DNA from: Candidatus Nomurabacteria bacterium
GTDB taxonomy: Bacteria > Patescibacteriota > Patescibacteriia > Magasanikbacterales > UBA922
Assembly: GCA_020632445.1 (NCBI GenBank)
Contig: JACKFN010000003.1
Coordinates: 17,118-81,117, forward strand
Direction of reading: 5' to 3'
DNA: 64,000 nt
Shown here: one piece after another, positions 1 to 11,173 of the stretch
How positions within the stretch are numbered: the stretch's first letter is position 1
How the letters are laid out: every line of letters starts with the position of its first letter
The notes under the pieces: model-generated
What the model was told of the DNA's origin: nothing
The model's database searches: none
Seen by the model: only the letters and a program-made list of their open reading frames with translations
Position numbers and translations under genes: made by a program

Positions 1-32
1 ATCGAATCCTGTCATCCCCTTGTATGTTTTAG

Positions 33-479
33 TCAGTAGTCACCCTTGATGGCGCGTCTGACTTGTCTGTCACTGTCGCGCTTTTTGAGGGCTTCACGCT
101 TGTCATGGAGCTTTTTTCCTCGACAAACAGCGATTTCTACTTTGATGTAACGCCCTTTAGTATATACTGAAAGTGGTACGATTGTCAAGCCCTTTTCTTG
201 CGATTTTCCGTAGAGTTTAGCGATTTCTTTGGTATGCAACAGCAGTTTTCGGCTGCGAGTGGGGTCATAGTCTGGAACCGTTGCGTACTTGTACTTGCGA
301 ACATGCATTCCTGTGATCATGGGGTCACCTTTGTGGAAGGTAACATAGGCGCCAGTGAGCTTTCCGCCTCCATTTCGTAGCGATTTTGCCTCAGGACCAG
401 TGAGCATCAAACCAGCCTCATAGGTAGTGAGGATTTCATAATCGTGTCTGGCCTTTTTGTTTGTCGCTAAAGTTGGCAT
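33..479 (-). CDS. smpB: SsrA-binding protein SmpB
   Basis: Full-length ~148 aa; sequence is typical of SmpB throughout (KKARHDYEIL..YEAG..L.G.E.KSLR, C-terminal basic tail). Confidence 0.9.
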   Translation of the reverse strand: MPTLATNKKARHDYEILTTYEAGLMLTGPEAKSLRNGGGKLTGAYVTFHKGDPMITGMHVRKYKYATVPDYDPTRSRKLLLHTKEIAKLYGKSQEKGLTIVPLSVYTKGRYIKVEIAVCRGKKLHDKREALKKRDSDRQVRRAIKGDY

Positions 480-541
480 AATTTTGCCTTAGAAATGCAT
501 TTAGTATATACTAAAAAGAGAAGAAAATCAAGCTATTTGCT

Positions 542-1321
542 ATGTCACCGAAACTGACTATATACATTGGTAGGGGAGTTGCTTTTTTGTCAGTTGTGTT
601 TCTCGCCCTTGCATATCGATTTCCCTATTGGTGGGTTATTTTTATGTGTGTTGCGTTATGGCTCGCTTTTTTACTTTCGTATGAGTTTTTTGTGCTACAA
701 AAAGTTGCGCCATCAAATGTGTTGTTGCATGTTTCAACGTTTGTTGCGTTTTTGTGCATGATGTATATCATGCATGGAATAAAAATTCATAAAGTTCCTG
801 TGGTGCAACTGCTTTTTTTGATTGCTGAGTTTGCTTTGATGAGCCTGCTTTTGACAGAGCGCCCGCTTGTTTCACAGTTTCATTATCTTTTTAAGCCGCT
901 TCGGCGTGTAAAAACCATGACAGCGCTTTTTGATATCTTTGCGGTGGCAACATTTATGTATGCTTTGCATGTACTTTTGCAGATTCCTTTTTGGCCTACC
1001 ATTTTAGTAAGCTCATTGATTACAGGAGTTTATTTTGTTTTCATTTGGAGAATGTACTTTGCTGTTGAAGTAAAAAGCTTTATCTTGTGGGCGTTGCTTT
1101 GCAGTTTTCTCATGCTTCAATTCGGTTTTGTTCTCAGGTTTTTGCCGTTTGGATATCTTGTATACGGCTTTTTTTATGCATGGGTCGCTTACATTATTCA
1201 GCTTATTCTTCGTTTTGAACTGAGCAAAAAGGGATTGGATATCAAAAGGCAAGTTCCATTTTTTGTAGCGAATGCTTTTTTGTTTGTCGTTACTCTTGTT
1301 TTTTATGTTGCCTGGGTGTAA
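542..1321 (+). CDS. polytopic integral membrane protein, function unknown
   Basis: 259 aa ORF dominated by hydrophobic helices; follows a TATACT-type promoter region at ~500-535. Confidence 0.5.
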   Translation: MSPKLTIYIGRGVAFLSVVFLALAYRFPYWWVIFMCVALWLAFLLSYEFFVLQKVAPSNVLLHVSTFVAFLCMMYIMHGIKIHKVPVVQLLFLIAEFALMSLLLTERPLVSQFHYLFKPLRRVKTMTALFDIFAVATFMYALHVLLQIPFWPTILVSSLITGVYFVFIWRMYFAVEVKSFILWALLCSFLMLQFGFVLRFLPFGYLVYGFFYAWVAYIIQLILRFELSKKGLDIKRQVPFFVANAFLFVVTLVFYVAWV

Positions 1322-1357
1322 AATACGCTTTAACATATATGGACTTAAGAGAGAGTT

Positions 1358-2455
1358 ATGAGTAAAAAACCTCCACATCTTCCCAATCCAACATGCAGAG
1401 TTGACACTCGCAGTAAGTTGCGTTCTGTGTTGCAAACTTTGATTTTTACCATCATTGGTTTTTTGGCTGGGCTTGCGGCAACACTGACGGCGTTTGCATG
1501 GATAATTCCGTATGATATGGATTTGCTTTCGGTTGCCAGACCGCACGCACCGGTTAAGCTAGGAGTTGATAGTGAGTTTGACCAGACACTTCAACACAGC
1601 ATCCGTCAACGTATGGTTACGGTTTATGATGCGCGCAAGAAATTGTCTGACGGTTTATATCGAAGTGATGGTTTGTTGGTGCGCGGGCTCATACTCAGTA
1701 GTGATGGATGGGTATTGCTTCCGTACCATCAGGCGCTTATTACCCAGGGAGTAAAACTCGAGATGGTGGATCATTTAGGAAAAGTTCACATACCAGATCA
1801 GGTTGTTACTGACCCACTCGGACAGTTTGTGTATGCGAAGTTTGAAGCGCAGGGGCTTGGAGTTATTGAATTTGAAAACTTTAAAGTCGCTCTCGATTCA
1901 AAAGAATTTTCGGTTTTTGATGGAAACCACTGGAGTGAAGTTTTGCTGAGTAGTTTTGATAAACCACCTTCAGCGCAGCTGGTTAGCAGCTGGCAGTCTG
2001 GGTACGGATATCGGTTACTCCCAGATGTTGCCCCCGGTGCGTTTGTTTTTTCTCAAAGCGGTAAGTTTGTTGGAGTTGTAGGAGATGATTCACACCTGGT
2101 CTTTGGTCATTACATCGCCGGCGAGCTCGAATCAGTAATTGCTCGATCGGTTGCCGATTTGAATGTGCTTCCGGTGCGCGGAATGTTTGTAAATATTCAT
2201 GATCCACAGTTTTCACGAGAATTCGAAAAAGGTTTTTATGTTTTTGAATATGAAAAAACATGGAAAGATGCTATACTGCAAGAAGGTGATGTGATTGTCG
2301 CTATAGAAGGGGAAACAATCATTCCGGAAGCTATGGACATACAAGTTCAATCACACAAGGCACTGTCACTTGAGATGGATGTTATACGAGATACCAAACT
2401 CATTCGTGTTCAGGCAAGCCTAAGTTCATTGAATGCTATTTTACAAAATTCATAA
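1358..2455 (+). CDS. membrane-anchored trypsin-like (HtrA-like) serine protease with C-terminal PDZ-like domain
   Basis: N-terminal TM helix; SSDGWVLLPYH (HtrA-like His region), SQSGKFVGV (GNSGG-like Ser motif), GDVIVAIEGETI (PDZ-like); placed just before wzz-like gene. Confidence 0.45.
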   Translation: MSKKPPHLPNPTCRVDTRSKLRSVLQTLIFTIIGFLAGLAATLTAFAWIIPYDMDLLSVARPHAPVKLGVDSEFDQTLQHSIRQRMVTVYDARKKLSDGLYRSDGLLVRGLILSSDGWVLLPYHQALITQGVKLEMVDHLGKVHIPDQVVTDPLGQFVYAKFEAQGLGVIEFENFKVALDSKEFSVFDGNHWSEVLLSSFDKPPSAQLVSSWQSGYGYRLLPDVAPGAFVFSQSGKFVGVVGDDSHLVFGHYIAGELESVIARSVADLNVLPVRGMFVNIHDPQFSREFEKGFYVFEYEKTWKDAILQEGDVIVAIEGETIIPEAMDIQVQSHKALSLEMDVIRDTKLIRVQASLSSLNAILQNS

Positions 2456-2457
2456 GT

Positions 2458-3075
2458 ATGTTTCTCAAACAAAACCCACTTCAAAAAGTTTTTCATTCAT
2501 GGAAGGTGATACTTGTCGTCAGTATTCTCATGGGAATCCTCTCGGCACTTGTTTCTTTTTTGGTCATGGAAAAGCAGTATGCATCAGACGCGCAGGTCCT
2601 TATCATTTCCAAAAGTCGATATGGTGTTGATCCATATACCTCGGTAAAGTCTTCAGAGAGAGTTGGAGAAAATCTTTTGCAGGTGATCAAGACCGATGAT
2701 TTTTATGGAAAGGTGCTTGATGCGACGACCAAGTTTGATACGAGCAAATTCGAAAATCTTTCTGATCGTCAAAGGCGAAAGGCTTGGGAAAAATCTGTTG
2801 ATGTTGCGGTTCGCTACGGTACGGGTGTCGTGGATATTCGGAGTTATCATGCGAGTCCACAGGAAGCCAACAACATGGCTCAGGCCATTATGGAAACCTT
2901 GGTGAGTAAAGGGTGGGAGTATGTTGGAGGAGATGTCACTCTCAAAATTATCAACAAGCCAGTGGCAACCAGGTTTGCTGCCAAACCAAATATGGTCGTC
3001 AATGGTGCTATTGGGTTTGTGGTTGGAGCTTTTTTGATGGTATTTTCGCTTTTGTATAGACAAAAACATACCTAG
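2458..3075 (+). CDS. Wzz-like polysaccharide chain-length determinant family protein
   Basis: 205 aa; N- and C-terminal TM helices flanking a soluble domain, the classic Wzz/PCP topology; start overlaps previous gene stop. Confidence 0.45.
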   Translation: MFLKQNPLQKVFHSWKVILVVSILMGILSALVSFLVMEKQYASDAQVLIISKSRYGVDPYTSVKSSERVGENLLQVIKTDDFYGKVLDATTKFDTSKFENLSDRQRRKAWEKSVDVAVRYGTGVVDIRSYHASPQEANNMAQAIMETLVSKGWEYVGGDVTLKIINKPVATRFAAKPNMVVNGAIGFVVGAFLMVFSLLYRQKHT

Positions 3076-3095
3076 AATCGAGTAGAAAAAAAAGA

Positions 3096-3135
3096 CAAAA
3101 AATGCCTGACGAAAAGGGCATTTTTTTGTTTTGTT
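3096..3135 (+). terminator. Rho-independent terminator after wzz-like gene
   Basis: aaatgcc-tgacgaaaag-ggcattt hairpin followed by tttttttgttttgtttt. Confidence 0.5.
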
Positions 3136-3163
3136 TTACAGTAATACTTATTCACAAACTCTC

Positions 3164-3192
3164 TTGACAAAACCTTCAAAATATGCTATAGT
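3164..3192 (+). promoter_or_regulatory. sigma70 promoter with extended -10 (TTGACA-17-TGcTATAGT)
   Basis: TTGACA at 3164-3169, 17-nt spacer, TG at 3184-85, TATAGT at 3187-3192; lies in the AT-rich spacer upstream of the GC-rich gene at 3426. Confidence 0.5.
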
Positions 3193-3425
3193 CACATGTC
3201 AATCCTTAGGGTGGGCGATTTGTCTTTGCCCGCAGGAATGATGGTTCTTTACAGATGATCAGAATTTTTTCCTGTAGCTTCTGTCTTTGAGAAGGTTTTT
3301 GGCTAATTTATGCAAAAAAGTCTTTTGTAAGACAGAAGTTACGGGGCCACGCACCCCTTTGTTTTGACAGTTCTGTAACGCCGGGTGTGTGGACCGGCCG
3401 ACGTATGCGCGAGAGGAGGTAACTC

Positions 3426-5219
3426 ATGCGCGCGATGTTGCTGGCCCTGATGGGCCTGATGTTCCTGGTCCCCGCTGCGGCGTGGGGCCAGGACGAGGAC
3501 GAGCCGGCGGCGGGGGTTCCGACCTTCACCGACGGTGACGGCGACGGGATCAAGGACGACGAGGACAACTGCCCGACGGTGCCCAACCCCGACCAGAACG
3601 CCGACGTCTGCGCGGACGCCGACGGCGACGGGGTGGTGGACATCTCCGACCCCTGCCCGTCCCAGTACGCGGACACGGCGGACGGGTGTCCGGCGCCGGT
3701 GCCGACGCCCCCGCCGACCAGCCGACCCCCCGACTCCTGGAAGGAGTTCAAGGTCAACTGGGAGGCGAGGAAGGTTCCGGACAGCGAGTGTCAACCGGGC
3801 GACTGCGACGGCGATGGGATCCCGGACGAGCTCGACGCCATGTACAACATGGCGGAGGACATGGACGGGTTCCAGGACGATGACGGCATGCCGGATCTGG
3901 ACAACGACCAGGATGGCATTCCGGACACCGAGGACGCGGACCCCAACCAGGCCGAGGACTACGATGGGGTCGAGGACAACGACGGGAAGCCGGAAGGTGG
4001 ACCGGACAACGACTTCGACGGAGACGGCATCGCCGACCCCGAGGATCAGTGTCCCTCCGTCGCGCCGGTGCCGGGCAAGGACACCAACAACGACGGGTGC
4101 CCCGACCGGTACACGTTCTCGCTCGAGTCCTGCGCGGACCCGACCAAGCGGAGGGTGTTCCAGTGCCTGAACGCCGACGTGTCCGGAAAGTACAGAGACG
4201 GGCGACCGGAATGGGACACGCAGTGTGCCAAGCCGGCCGTGGAGTTCGCCAAGAATGCGGGCAACATGGAGGCCGTGAGCTTCTCGGTCGTCTCGTACGA
4301 GGACGTGGTGAAGCTCAACCGGAAGAACAGGGGCTACAAGGACCTCTCGAAGAAGTACCGCTGCGACGACATGAAGGGGCTCGAGCGTGACAAGTGCGTC
4401 ACCGAGGGGCTCCTGCAGGAGCGCGCGAAGTACATCTACGAGATGGTCAAGCCCCTCCTGCCCGACACGTTCCCCGCGGAGCGTCTCGGTGTCGGTGGTG
4501 CTGCGCCCGACGCGCCCGAAGGGGAGCGTGGTGTCGGCATCGTGGTGAAGATCGGGTGCGGATTTCTCGAAGAGGAGCCGCTCCGGCAGTTCCGTAGCCG
4601 ATCCGGGATCCAGCCGCCAGCGCAGCGTCAGCGGCAGGTGGTCACCTCGAACCCCGAGGTCCACTGGCACATCCGGCTGGGAACTGCACTCCACCATGAC
4701 AGCATCGGGAGTCAGCCCGACGCCACCATCTTCGGTCTTCCCTACGTGAGCTTCGGCTTCCGCGGGCAGGGTCTGATGGTCGACCTCGGTGGTGGTCCCG
4801 GCATCGTGGGTTCCCAGGACAACGGCGAGTACGACGCCAGCATCACCGGGTGCTGGAGCGTGAACGCCCGCCTGGTGGACACCCACGGCAAGGTCCAGGG
4901 CATCTGGGGCGACGGCTTCGGCTGGATCCTGCTGGGCGTGGCCGGATGTCACTCGGCCTACTCGACCGCCTTCGACAATGCCCTCAAGTGGCACTCCCAT
5001 CGCGTCGGGCTGAACCTCGGCGCCATCCTCTGGGAGTCGGTCGACAGCCCGGTCGAAGACGGCTGGGAGTGGGTCGCTGACGTCAAGCTGCTGGGGGGGT
5101 GGACCTTCGACCACCGTAAGTACCTCAAGCAGGACGACGGAACCTACGTCCCCAACATGGCCGAGAGCTTCGGCACGTTCACGCCGGTGATCACCACCTC
5201 CTTCGGCTACCGCTGGTAG
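3426..5219 (+). CDS. secreted thrombospondin type-3 (TSP3) repeat calcium-binding protein with putative beta-barrel C-terminal region
   Basis: Signal peptide MRAMLLALMGLMFLVPAAAWGQ; repeated DxDxDGxxDxxDNCPxxxNPDQxD motifs (TSP3); C-terminus ...FGYRW (aromatic terminal residue typical of outer-membrane barrels); strongly GC-rich. Confidence 0.75.
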   Translation: MRAMLLALMGLMFLVPAAAWGQDEDEPAAGVPTFTDGDGDGIKDDEDNCPTVPNPDQNADVCADADGDGVVDISDPCPSQYADTADGCPAPVPTPPPTSRPPDSWKEFKVNWEARKVPDSECQPGDCDGDGIPDELDAMYNMAEDMDGFQDDDGMPDLDNDQDGIPDTEDADPNQAEDYDGVEDNDGKPEGGPDNDFDGDGIADPEDQCPSVAPVPGKDTNNDGCPDRYTFSLESCADPTKRRVFQCLNADVSGKYRDGRPEWDTQCAKPAVEFAKNAGNMEAVSFSVVSYEDVVKLNRKNRGYKDLSKKYRCDDMKGLERDKCVTEGLLQERAKYIYEMVKPLLPDTFPAERLGVGGAAPDAPEGERGVGIVVKIGCGFLEEEPLRQFRSRSGIQPPAQRQRQVVTSNPEVHWHIRLGTALHHDSIGSQPDATIFGLPYVSFGFRGQGLMVDLGGGPGIVGSQDNGEYDASITGCWSVNARLVDTHGKVQGIWGDGFGWILLGVAGCHSAYSTAFDNALKWHSHRVGLNLGAILWESVDSPVEDGWEWVADVKLLGGWTFDHRKYLKQDDGTYVPNMAESFGTFTPVITTSFGYRW

Positions 5220-5236
5220 TCAACCCTACCTTATAC

Positions 5237-5263
5237 CTACCCAAGGGTCGATGTTCCCGCCAC
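5237..5263 (+). terminator. GC-rich perfect hairpin after TSP3 gene (terminator-like, no T-run)
   Basis: gggtcgatg-ttcccgcca-catcgaccc, 9-bp perfect stem. Confidence 0.35.
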
Positions 5264-5316
5264 ATCGACCCAACTCTCCATGTGTGCATAAGTTTTGTGC
5301 CTATATGAAGAGGGTA

Positions 5317-5345
5317 TTGACAAAAGTGTAAAATTGTGCTATACT
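5317..5345 (+). promoter_or_regulatory. sigma70 promoter with extended -10 (TTGACA-17-TGcTATACT)
   Basis: TTGACA 5317-5322, 17-nt spacer, TG 5337-38, TATACT 5340-5345; near-identical in layout to the promoter at 3164 and to the -10 of the cassette module. Confidence 0.5.
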
Positions 5346-5827
5346 TATTTGTTGATTTGAAGATAGAAAAGTATCTAAAATAAGGCATAATTATAGAAAA
5401 TGTAGTGTAAAGTAGATATTTTCTGTGAAACAGAGCCTCAAGACGGGCTGTGTTGCGCAGAAAACTGCGTTTGGACATTACAATTGAGGACTACTATTAA
5501 CGACGCAGGCGAGAGAAATAGGAAAGCGGAGCTTTCATATTTCCGAGCCGAGGAGTTAACAAATATTTTTTGGTCCCTTTTTGCTTCTTGTGGGATAGAA
5601 CCCAGGCTCAGTTGAGCTTGAGTCCTATCCCACACCCCTCCGTCCCGCAAGCAAGCGGGTCGCTGGGTAAGTCCTTTGGGCAAGCCTGGCGAAGCGTTAG
5701 CGGAGTCGGGATGGAGTGGAATGGGACCGCGCCCACCGCGGTAAAGATTTTTCCTGCGGTGTGCTACCGCGTCTTTTTGACCCGATCGGGGTGGGCCCGG
5801 TCAGCGCTGACTCCTGAGGAGGACATC

Positions 5828-8248
<2,421 letters not shown>

Positions 8249-8536
8249 TCCTCACCCCGCGCCAAAGCTTCGGCTGAGGCGCGGGTCGTCGGAACCTCGC
8301 GTTCTAACCTAAAAAATCCCACCTTATTCCCTTGAGCGCATGACCGTCCATCATGCGCTCGGGAACCCAAATCAAAACATTTATCAGAGCTGACTTACTT
8401 CAAGTCATCTGTGACAAATGTTTCAAAGACATTTGAAAATTGGTGAAGTCGTGCGATCAGGAAATATATAGCATGTATTCCTTGATCGCCCGGCACATAG
8501 CCGAAACCACAACGGTTCGACATGGAGGAGAATCCC

Positions 8537-9139
8537 ATGAACCGCATCGCCCCCCTGTTCATCATCGTGATTTCGTCCACCCTCGCCGCCTGCGACCCCG
8601 AGGTCCTGGCCCAGTGGCGCCGGGCGCTCGAGAGCGTCGCGGACTACTGCCGGCAGAACCCCGGCGATGCCGAGTGCGACGGGTTCGAGGACCCCAACCC
8701 CGAGCCTCAGCCCGAGGGCAACCTCGGCGGCGCCGGCTTCCGGTGCGCCCAGCCGACTTGCGAGTTCGCGGGCATGGTCCGCGTCGGGTGGATTCGTGGA
8801 GAGAACCAGATCATCGAGGGTAGCTTCGCGGTCATCGACCCGAACACCAACCTCGCAGATGAGCTGGTCTTCGCCCCCACTCCCGAGCGCGCGCCGACCT
8901 TCTCCGGCATCCTCGACGAGTCGACCGACGGCATGTGGTTCCGACCCGAGGGTGACTGGTGGTGGCAGACCTCGGTCGAGGAGCGCGAGCAGTGGTGCAG
9001 CCAATTCACACTGGCATGGTACCCCGAGCGACTCGCGGGCCTTCCGGAGTGGTACTCGCTGCGTGCGCAGAACCTCACCGGGCTCGGCTTTTCCGGTTGG
9101 GACTGCAGCGCCGGTCGCGACGGTCCCCCCACCAACTAA
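8537..9139 (+). CDS. lipoprotein sharing the C-terminal unknown domain of the preceding gene
   Basis: Start at second ATG preceded by GGAGGAG; MNRIAPLFIIVISSTLAAC lipobox; LGGAGFRC...VRVGWIRGENQ...SFAVIDP...GMWFRPE..WW...QWC.QF aligns with residues ~690-860 of the 5828-8248 product. Confidence 0.65.
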   Translation: MNRIAPLFIIVISSTLAACDPEVLAQWRRALESVADYCRQNPGDAECDGFEDPNPEPQPEGNLGGAGFRCAQPTCEFAGMVRVGWIRGENQIIEGSFAVIDPNTNLADELVFAPTPERAPTFSGILDESTDGMWFRPEGDWWWQTSVEEREQWCSQFTLAWYPERLAGLPEWYSLRAQNLTGLGFSGWDCSAGRDGPPTN

Positions 9140-9196
9140 CCCCCCCCTGTACGCCTAGGGCAAAACCCACGAGGCGCCCCCACCGCGCCTCAACCT

Positions 9197-9229
9197 CATA
9201 TGTGCTTATAAGTTTTATAGGCACATATG
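9197..9229. repeat. perfect 9-bp inverted repeat (catatgtgc/gcacatatg) around ATAAGTTTTAT core
   Basis: Read directly; a degenerate copy (tgtgcataagttttgtgcctatatgaa) lies at 5283-5310 after the first GC-rich gene; resembles the GTTCATAAGTTCA tail of the cassette module. Confidence 0.5.
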
Positions 9230-9230
9230 A

Positions 9231-9270
9231 AAAACCCCATTGCATATTCGCAACGGGGTTTTTTGTTTTT
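9231..9270. terminator. bidirectional Rho-independent terminator
   Basis: aaaaccccattgc-atattc-gcaacgggg-ttttttgttttt (9-bp stem, one mismatch, A-run and T-run on either side). Confidence 0.55.
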
Positions 9271-9275
9271 ATACA

Positions 9276-9692
9276 CTAGATTATTTCCAATTTTCTCTCT
9301 ATTCTCTTGAGCCTCCAATCCACTTTGTGATTGTTTATTTCGTATTCATCTCGGTGCACTGCATGATCTTTGAGAAAGTTGACTATTTCGAGCATGTCTT
9401 TGAGCCGGTTATCTACTTGGTCAAAGCGTTGATCCATGCCATCGAGGCGCCCATCTATACCGTCAAAACGTTGGTCCATGCCATCGAGGCGCTGATCCAT
9501 GCCATCGAATCGTTGATCCATGCCGTCGAGGCGTTGATCTATGCCATTGAACCTTTGATCTATTCCATCAAAACGTTGGTTCACCTCGATTTTGAACTGA
9601 CTTAGGTTACTTGAAAGGCCTGTGACCACTTCAAGTATCTGAGTTATTTGTCCCTCCGTTGTATTATGCATACACAAATAATGTTTATTCAC
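9276..9692 (-). CDS. small protein with eight tandem heptapeptide repeats (R[FL]DG[IM]DQ)
   Basis: 138 aa; RFDGIDQ RFNGIDQ RLDGMDQ RFDGMDQ RLDGMDQ RFDGIDG RLDGMDQ RFDQVDN in tandem. Confidence 0.55.
   Translation of the reverse strand: MNKHYLCMHNTTEGQITQILEVVTGLSSNLSQFKIEVNQRFDGIDQRFNGIDQRLDGMDQRFDGMDQRLDGMDQRFDGIDGRLDGMDQRFDQVDNRLKDMLEIVNFLKDHAVHRDEYEINNHKVDWRLKRIERKLEII
9417..9580. repeat. 21-bp tandem repeat (~8 units, unit ttgatccatgccatcgaggcg) inside coding sequence
   Basis: Direct reading; encodes the heptapeptide repeats of the minus-strand gene. Confidence 0.8.
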
Positions 9693-9750
9693 CCTGAGGT
9701 GAAAATGATTGATACAGTGAGTATATCTGAAATGAAAATTCTGTCAAACA

Positions 9751-11145
9751 TCAATTTTTACGAATATTCTCTGGTTGCCATCCCAAAAGTTCATGTTGAA
9801 AATCCTTTGCAAAAAGTGCACCAAGATAGAACCACAGTGGCCACATCAGGGGAGTATGGTTGAGCATGTTGTCGGAAAAACTCAGTGCCAAAAAGGTGAT
9901 GAGGATAGCAAAAAAGAGAATTTTGTCTGAATTTTGTTTGTAATGAAGCTCACCAAAACTTTGGCCAGCAAGGCTTCCAAGAAAAATAATGTAAAAAAAC
10001 AACCCAAAGATACCAAGTTCAACAAACATACGTAAATAGTCGTTGTGAGCTTCCTTTCCGGCATCCCAAATGTGTTCTTGTCCACGTTCGTCTTCCCACA
10101 CCATGGGGAATGTGCCGTATCCATACCCCGTCCACAAACGTTTGATGCCAAGTGGAATGCTCTGTTGTATTACTGACGTTCTCCATGAAAGTGAATCAGC
10201 ATCTTCACTTCTGGTGGTAAGTCTGCCGATGATACCAATATCAGTAAGGTCATAGTTGGTCGTGTGAGTGATCAAGCTGTTAATAGGAAAGAAAAGTCCA
10301 TAACATATAGCCACCACAGAAACACCGATCAAAAGAGGTTTGCGAAACCGATACCACCCAATCACCATAAAAAAAATCAACAGTCCAATGAGCGCAGCCC
10401 TTGTATAAGTAAAGAGTAGCAGGAAACATCCGAGGGTATAGATGATATACAGGTATTTGTGAGGAATTTGTTTGGCATAGCGGCTAAGCATCATGAGTCC
10501 AAGCAGTATCAAAAAGGCAAATACATTGGGGTGTGCCACAGTTCCGTATATACGGTTACGCACATCGTCTGTATCCATTCCCGTACTGGTAATAAGCTGA
10601 AAAAGTGCAACCAGTATAGGGATAAGCAATGACCACAAAAAAGCTAACGAGATTTCATGCAAAGTAATTTTTCTTGCCTTGTAGAGGATATATCCAACAA
10701 AGAAAATTAGAAACACATTCAGTAGTTTGAGTATTTCTACGATGCTGGTACCAAATGATACAGAGCTCAGCAGGGTCATAACGCTTACGATCAGTACACC
10801 GATAGCACCAACGTGAACGGTACTTGCCTTGAGGTGTACGCGGTATTTCAAGAGGATCATCAGGCACCAGAGTGTCAAAAGCAGTGAAAATGCTGCGTTG
10901 AGGTTTATGCTGGTAGCCTGAAAAGAGATAATGTGAAAGTCTCGAAAATAATCGAGCGTTGGTCGCACCAGCAAAAATGCCAGGATAAGTTTTTCCGAAA
11001 GAAAAAGATAGGCAATCGCCAAAAAAGCAATCATGAGTGCAAAAATATCGAGCTCATAGAGAGGATTGATAACGACAAACGCCGTCAGAGCACCCAAAAA
11101 CACCAAAAAACTTCGGAATGTCCATTTGCTTGGAGAGGAAATCAT
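9751..11145 (-). CDS. O-antigen ligase / O-antigen polymerase family (Wzy_C-like) membrane protein
   Basis: ~12 predicted TM helices plus large loop containing AHNDYLRMFVELGIFGL, matching the conserved H-x-N-x-Y-L...ELG motif of WaaL/Wzy_C proteins. Confidence 0.65.
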   Translation of the reverse strand: MISSPSKWTFRSFLVFLGALTAFVVINPLYELDIFALMIAFLAIAYLFLSEKLILAFLLVRPTLDYFRDFHIISFQATSINLNAAFSLLLTLWCLMILLKYRVHLKASTVHVGAIGVLIVSVMTLLSSVSFGTSIVEILKLLNVFLIFFVGYILYKARKITLHEISLAFLWSLLIPILVALFQLITSTGMDTDDVRNRIYGTVAHPNVFAFLILLGLMMLSRYAKQIPHKYLYIIYTLGCFLLLFTYTRAALIGLLIFFMVIGWYRFRKPLLIGVSVVAICYGLFFPINSLITHTTNYDLTDIGIIGRLTTRSEDADSLSWRTSVIQQSIPLGIKRLWTGYGYGTFPMVWEDERGQEHIWDAGKEAHNDYLRMFVELGIFGLFFYIIFLGSLAGQSFGELHYKQNSDKILFFAILITFLALSFSDNMLNHTPLMWPLWFYLGALFAKDFQHELLGWQPENIRKN

Positions 11146-11173
11146 AGTATACTAGTATAAACTTTATTATACC

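Noticed and set aside
3339-5114. 591-aa minus-strand ORF and several 60-210-aa ORFs inside the TSP3 gene
   Set aside because: Antisense and out-of-frame ORFs are expected in GC-rich DNA. The translations are low-complexity (Arg/Pro/Gly/Val-rich) and the plus-strand product has clear domain signatures.
5570-5827. N-terminal 86-codon extension of the 892-aa ORF
   Set aside because: Stop-free only because of GC richness. The translation is not protein-like and mirrors a palindrome. A proper lipoprotein signal peptide starts at 5828.
9417-9580. Possible CRISPR array
   Set aside because: The 21-bp units are contiguous with no spacers and are in-frame coding repeats.
9240-9605. 121-aa plus-strand ORF over the 21-bp repeats
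   Set aside because: Reverse-frame reading of the heptad-repeat gene. It has no start context, and the minus-strand ORF has unique N and C termini and a better coding appearance.
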